From positions 1 to 30,379 of the forward strand of contig JBOFUV010000021.1 in NCBI GenBank assembly GCA_051652765.1: DNA of 30,379 nucleotides, given 5' to 3'. The notes beneath the pieces are model-generated. The model was not told the origin of the DNA, did no database searches, and saw nothing but the letters and a program-made list of their open reading frames with translations. The translations under genes were made by a program, and so were the position numbers. Positions 29,912 to 30,379 of the stretch are shown piece by piece (within the stretch, counting starts at the first letter, position 1; every line of letters starts with the position of its first letter). This DNA comes from Microcoleaceae cyanobacterium. GTDB lineage: Bacteria; Cyanobacteriota; Cyanobacteriia; Cyanobacteriales; Microcoleaceae.

Positions 29912-30036
29912 TGACTTGGGCGAGCTGACTGTCTCTTAACTCAGCAAAACGACCAGCGCAGATGATACAAACCCTCTCTCAACATAGTCAGTCGCCCTTC
30001 GGTTCAACTCCACTGGGAAACTGTGGTGCGCTGGCA

Positions 30037-30122
30037 AGATAACGGCTCGCTTGAGCGGCTGCGAACAACTTTTGCAATGCACCAACATCTTTCGGCAGTC
30101 CGCTCCAAGCGAATTGCTATAC
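30037..30122 (-). mobile_element. Integron attC site 4 (R'' mutated)
   Basis: + strand TCGCTTG-AGCGG-CTGC / GCAG-T-CCGCT-C-CAAGCGA with two extrahelical bases; minus strand R' GTTATCT, R'' GTATAGC containing the upstream gene's TAG stop; 86 bp. Confidence 0.78.
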
Positions 30123-30377
30123 GGCTCCACCGCCACAACCTCCGCCACCGCAACCCCCGCCGCCACAACCTCCGCTACCACAACCACTACCGCCGTCACT
30201 ACCACCAGAGTCACTAGAATTATGACTACCAGAATCACCCCCACCCCAGCCACCTCCAATACGAGGACGTGAAGGATTTTTGATGAAATCTACTATTCCC
30301 ATAAGAATCCGTATCGCTCCAAATCCTGCGGCAACACAAATAGCGGCGAGTAAAATTCCTGCGAATGGATTGATATT
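30117..30377 (-). CDS. 3' part of a membrane protein with a Gly/Ser/Cys-rich C-terminal tail (starts beyond the window)
   Basis: Frame open to the window edge: NINPFAGILLAAICVAAGFGAIRILMGIVDF (TM) ... GGSGCGSGGCGGGGCGGGGCGGGAV*. Confidence 0.75.
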   Translation of the reverse strand, partial: NINPFAGILLAAICVAAGFGAIRILMGIVDFIKNPSRPRIGGGWGGGDSGSHNSSDSGGSDGGSGCGSGGCGGGGCGGGGCGGGAV

Positions 30378-30379
30378 GC

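Noticed and set aside
29936..30272. Val/Ala-, His/Arg- and Thr-rich ORFs
   Set aside because: Alternative frames of the Gly-rich tail, running across attC4
1..30379. cas genes, integron integrase, transposases, tRNA/rRNA
   Set aside because: No ORF with the relevant motifs and no RNA gene recognised in the window

Overview
Cyanobacterial chromosomal window, judged from many HIP1 octamers (GCGATCGC, e.g. 4157, 11821, 13786, 27588) and the gene content. Left to right: (1) a CRISPR array of 30 x 37-bp repeats and 29 spacers (1-2190, type I-D-like repeat, no cas genes in the window). (2) A convergent chemosensory operon cheR(TPR)-cheW(x2 domains)-mcp-cheA(REC) with no cheB in view. (3) A SAM methyltransferase and a Cache-HAMP class III adenylate cyclase. 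(4) An AT-rich 9-gene, ~9.7-kb oxidative cluster without PKS/NRPS, preceded by a GNAT-like gene (10 genes in all): three Rieske oxygenases, two ferritin-like/AurF-like diiron proteins, a 2Fe-2S ferredoxin, a sterol-desaturase-family protein, a hexapeptide acyltransferase and a GH3 acyl-adenylate amide ligase. It is flanked and punctuated by a family of ~100-150 bp miniature inverted-repeat elements. (5) An alpha/beta hydrolase, a DUF2330 gene with an orphan RnfD/NqrB-like gene, and pyrB. (6) An integron-type gene-cassette array with four attC sites, read on the minus strand, carrying brnTA (toxin frameshifted), mazEF/pemIK, a gene-less structured cassette and a Gly/Cys-tailed membrane protein; no integrase is in the window. 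The best candidates for undescribed biology are the GH3/Rieske/diiron cluster and the attC cassette array. All family assignments come from motif recognition by eye; no searches were run.
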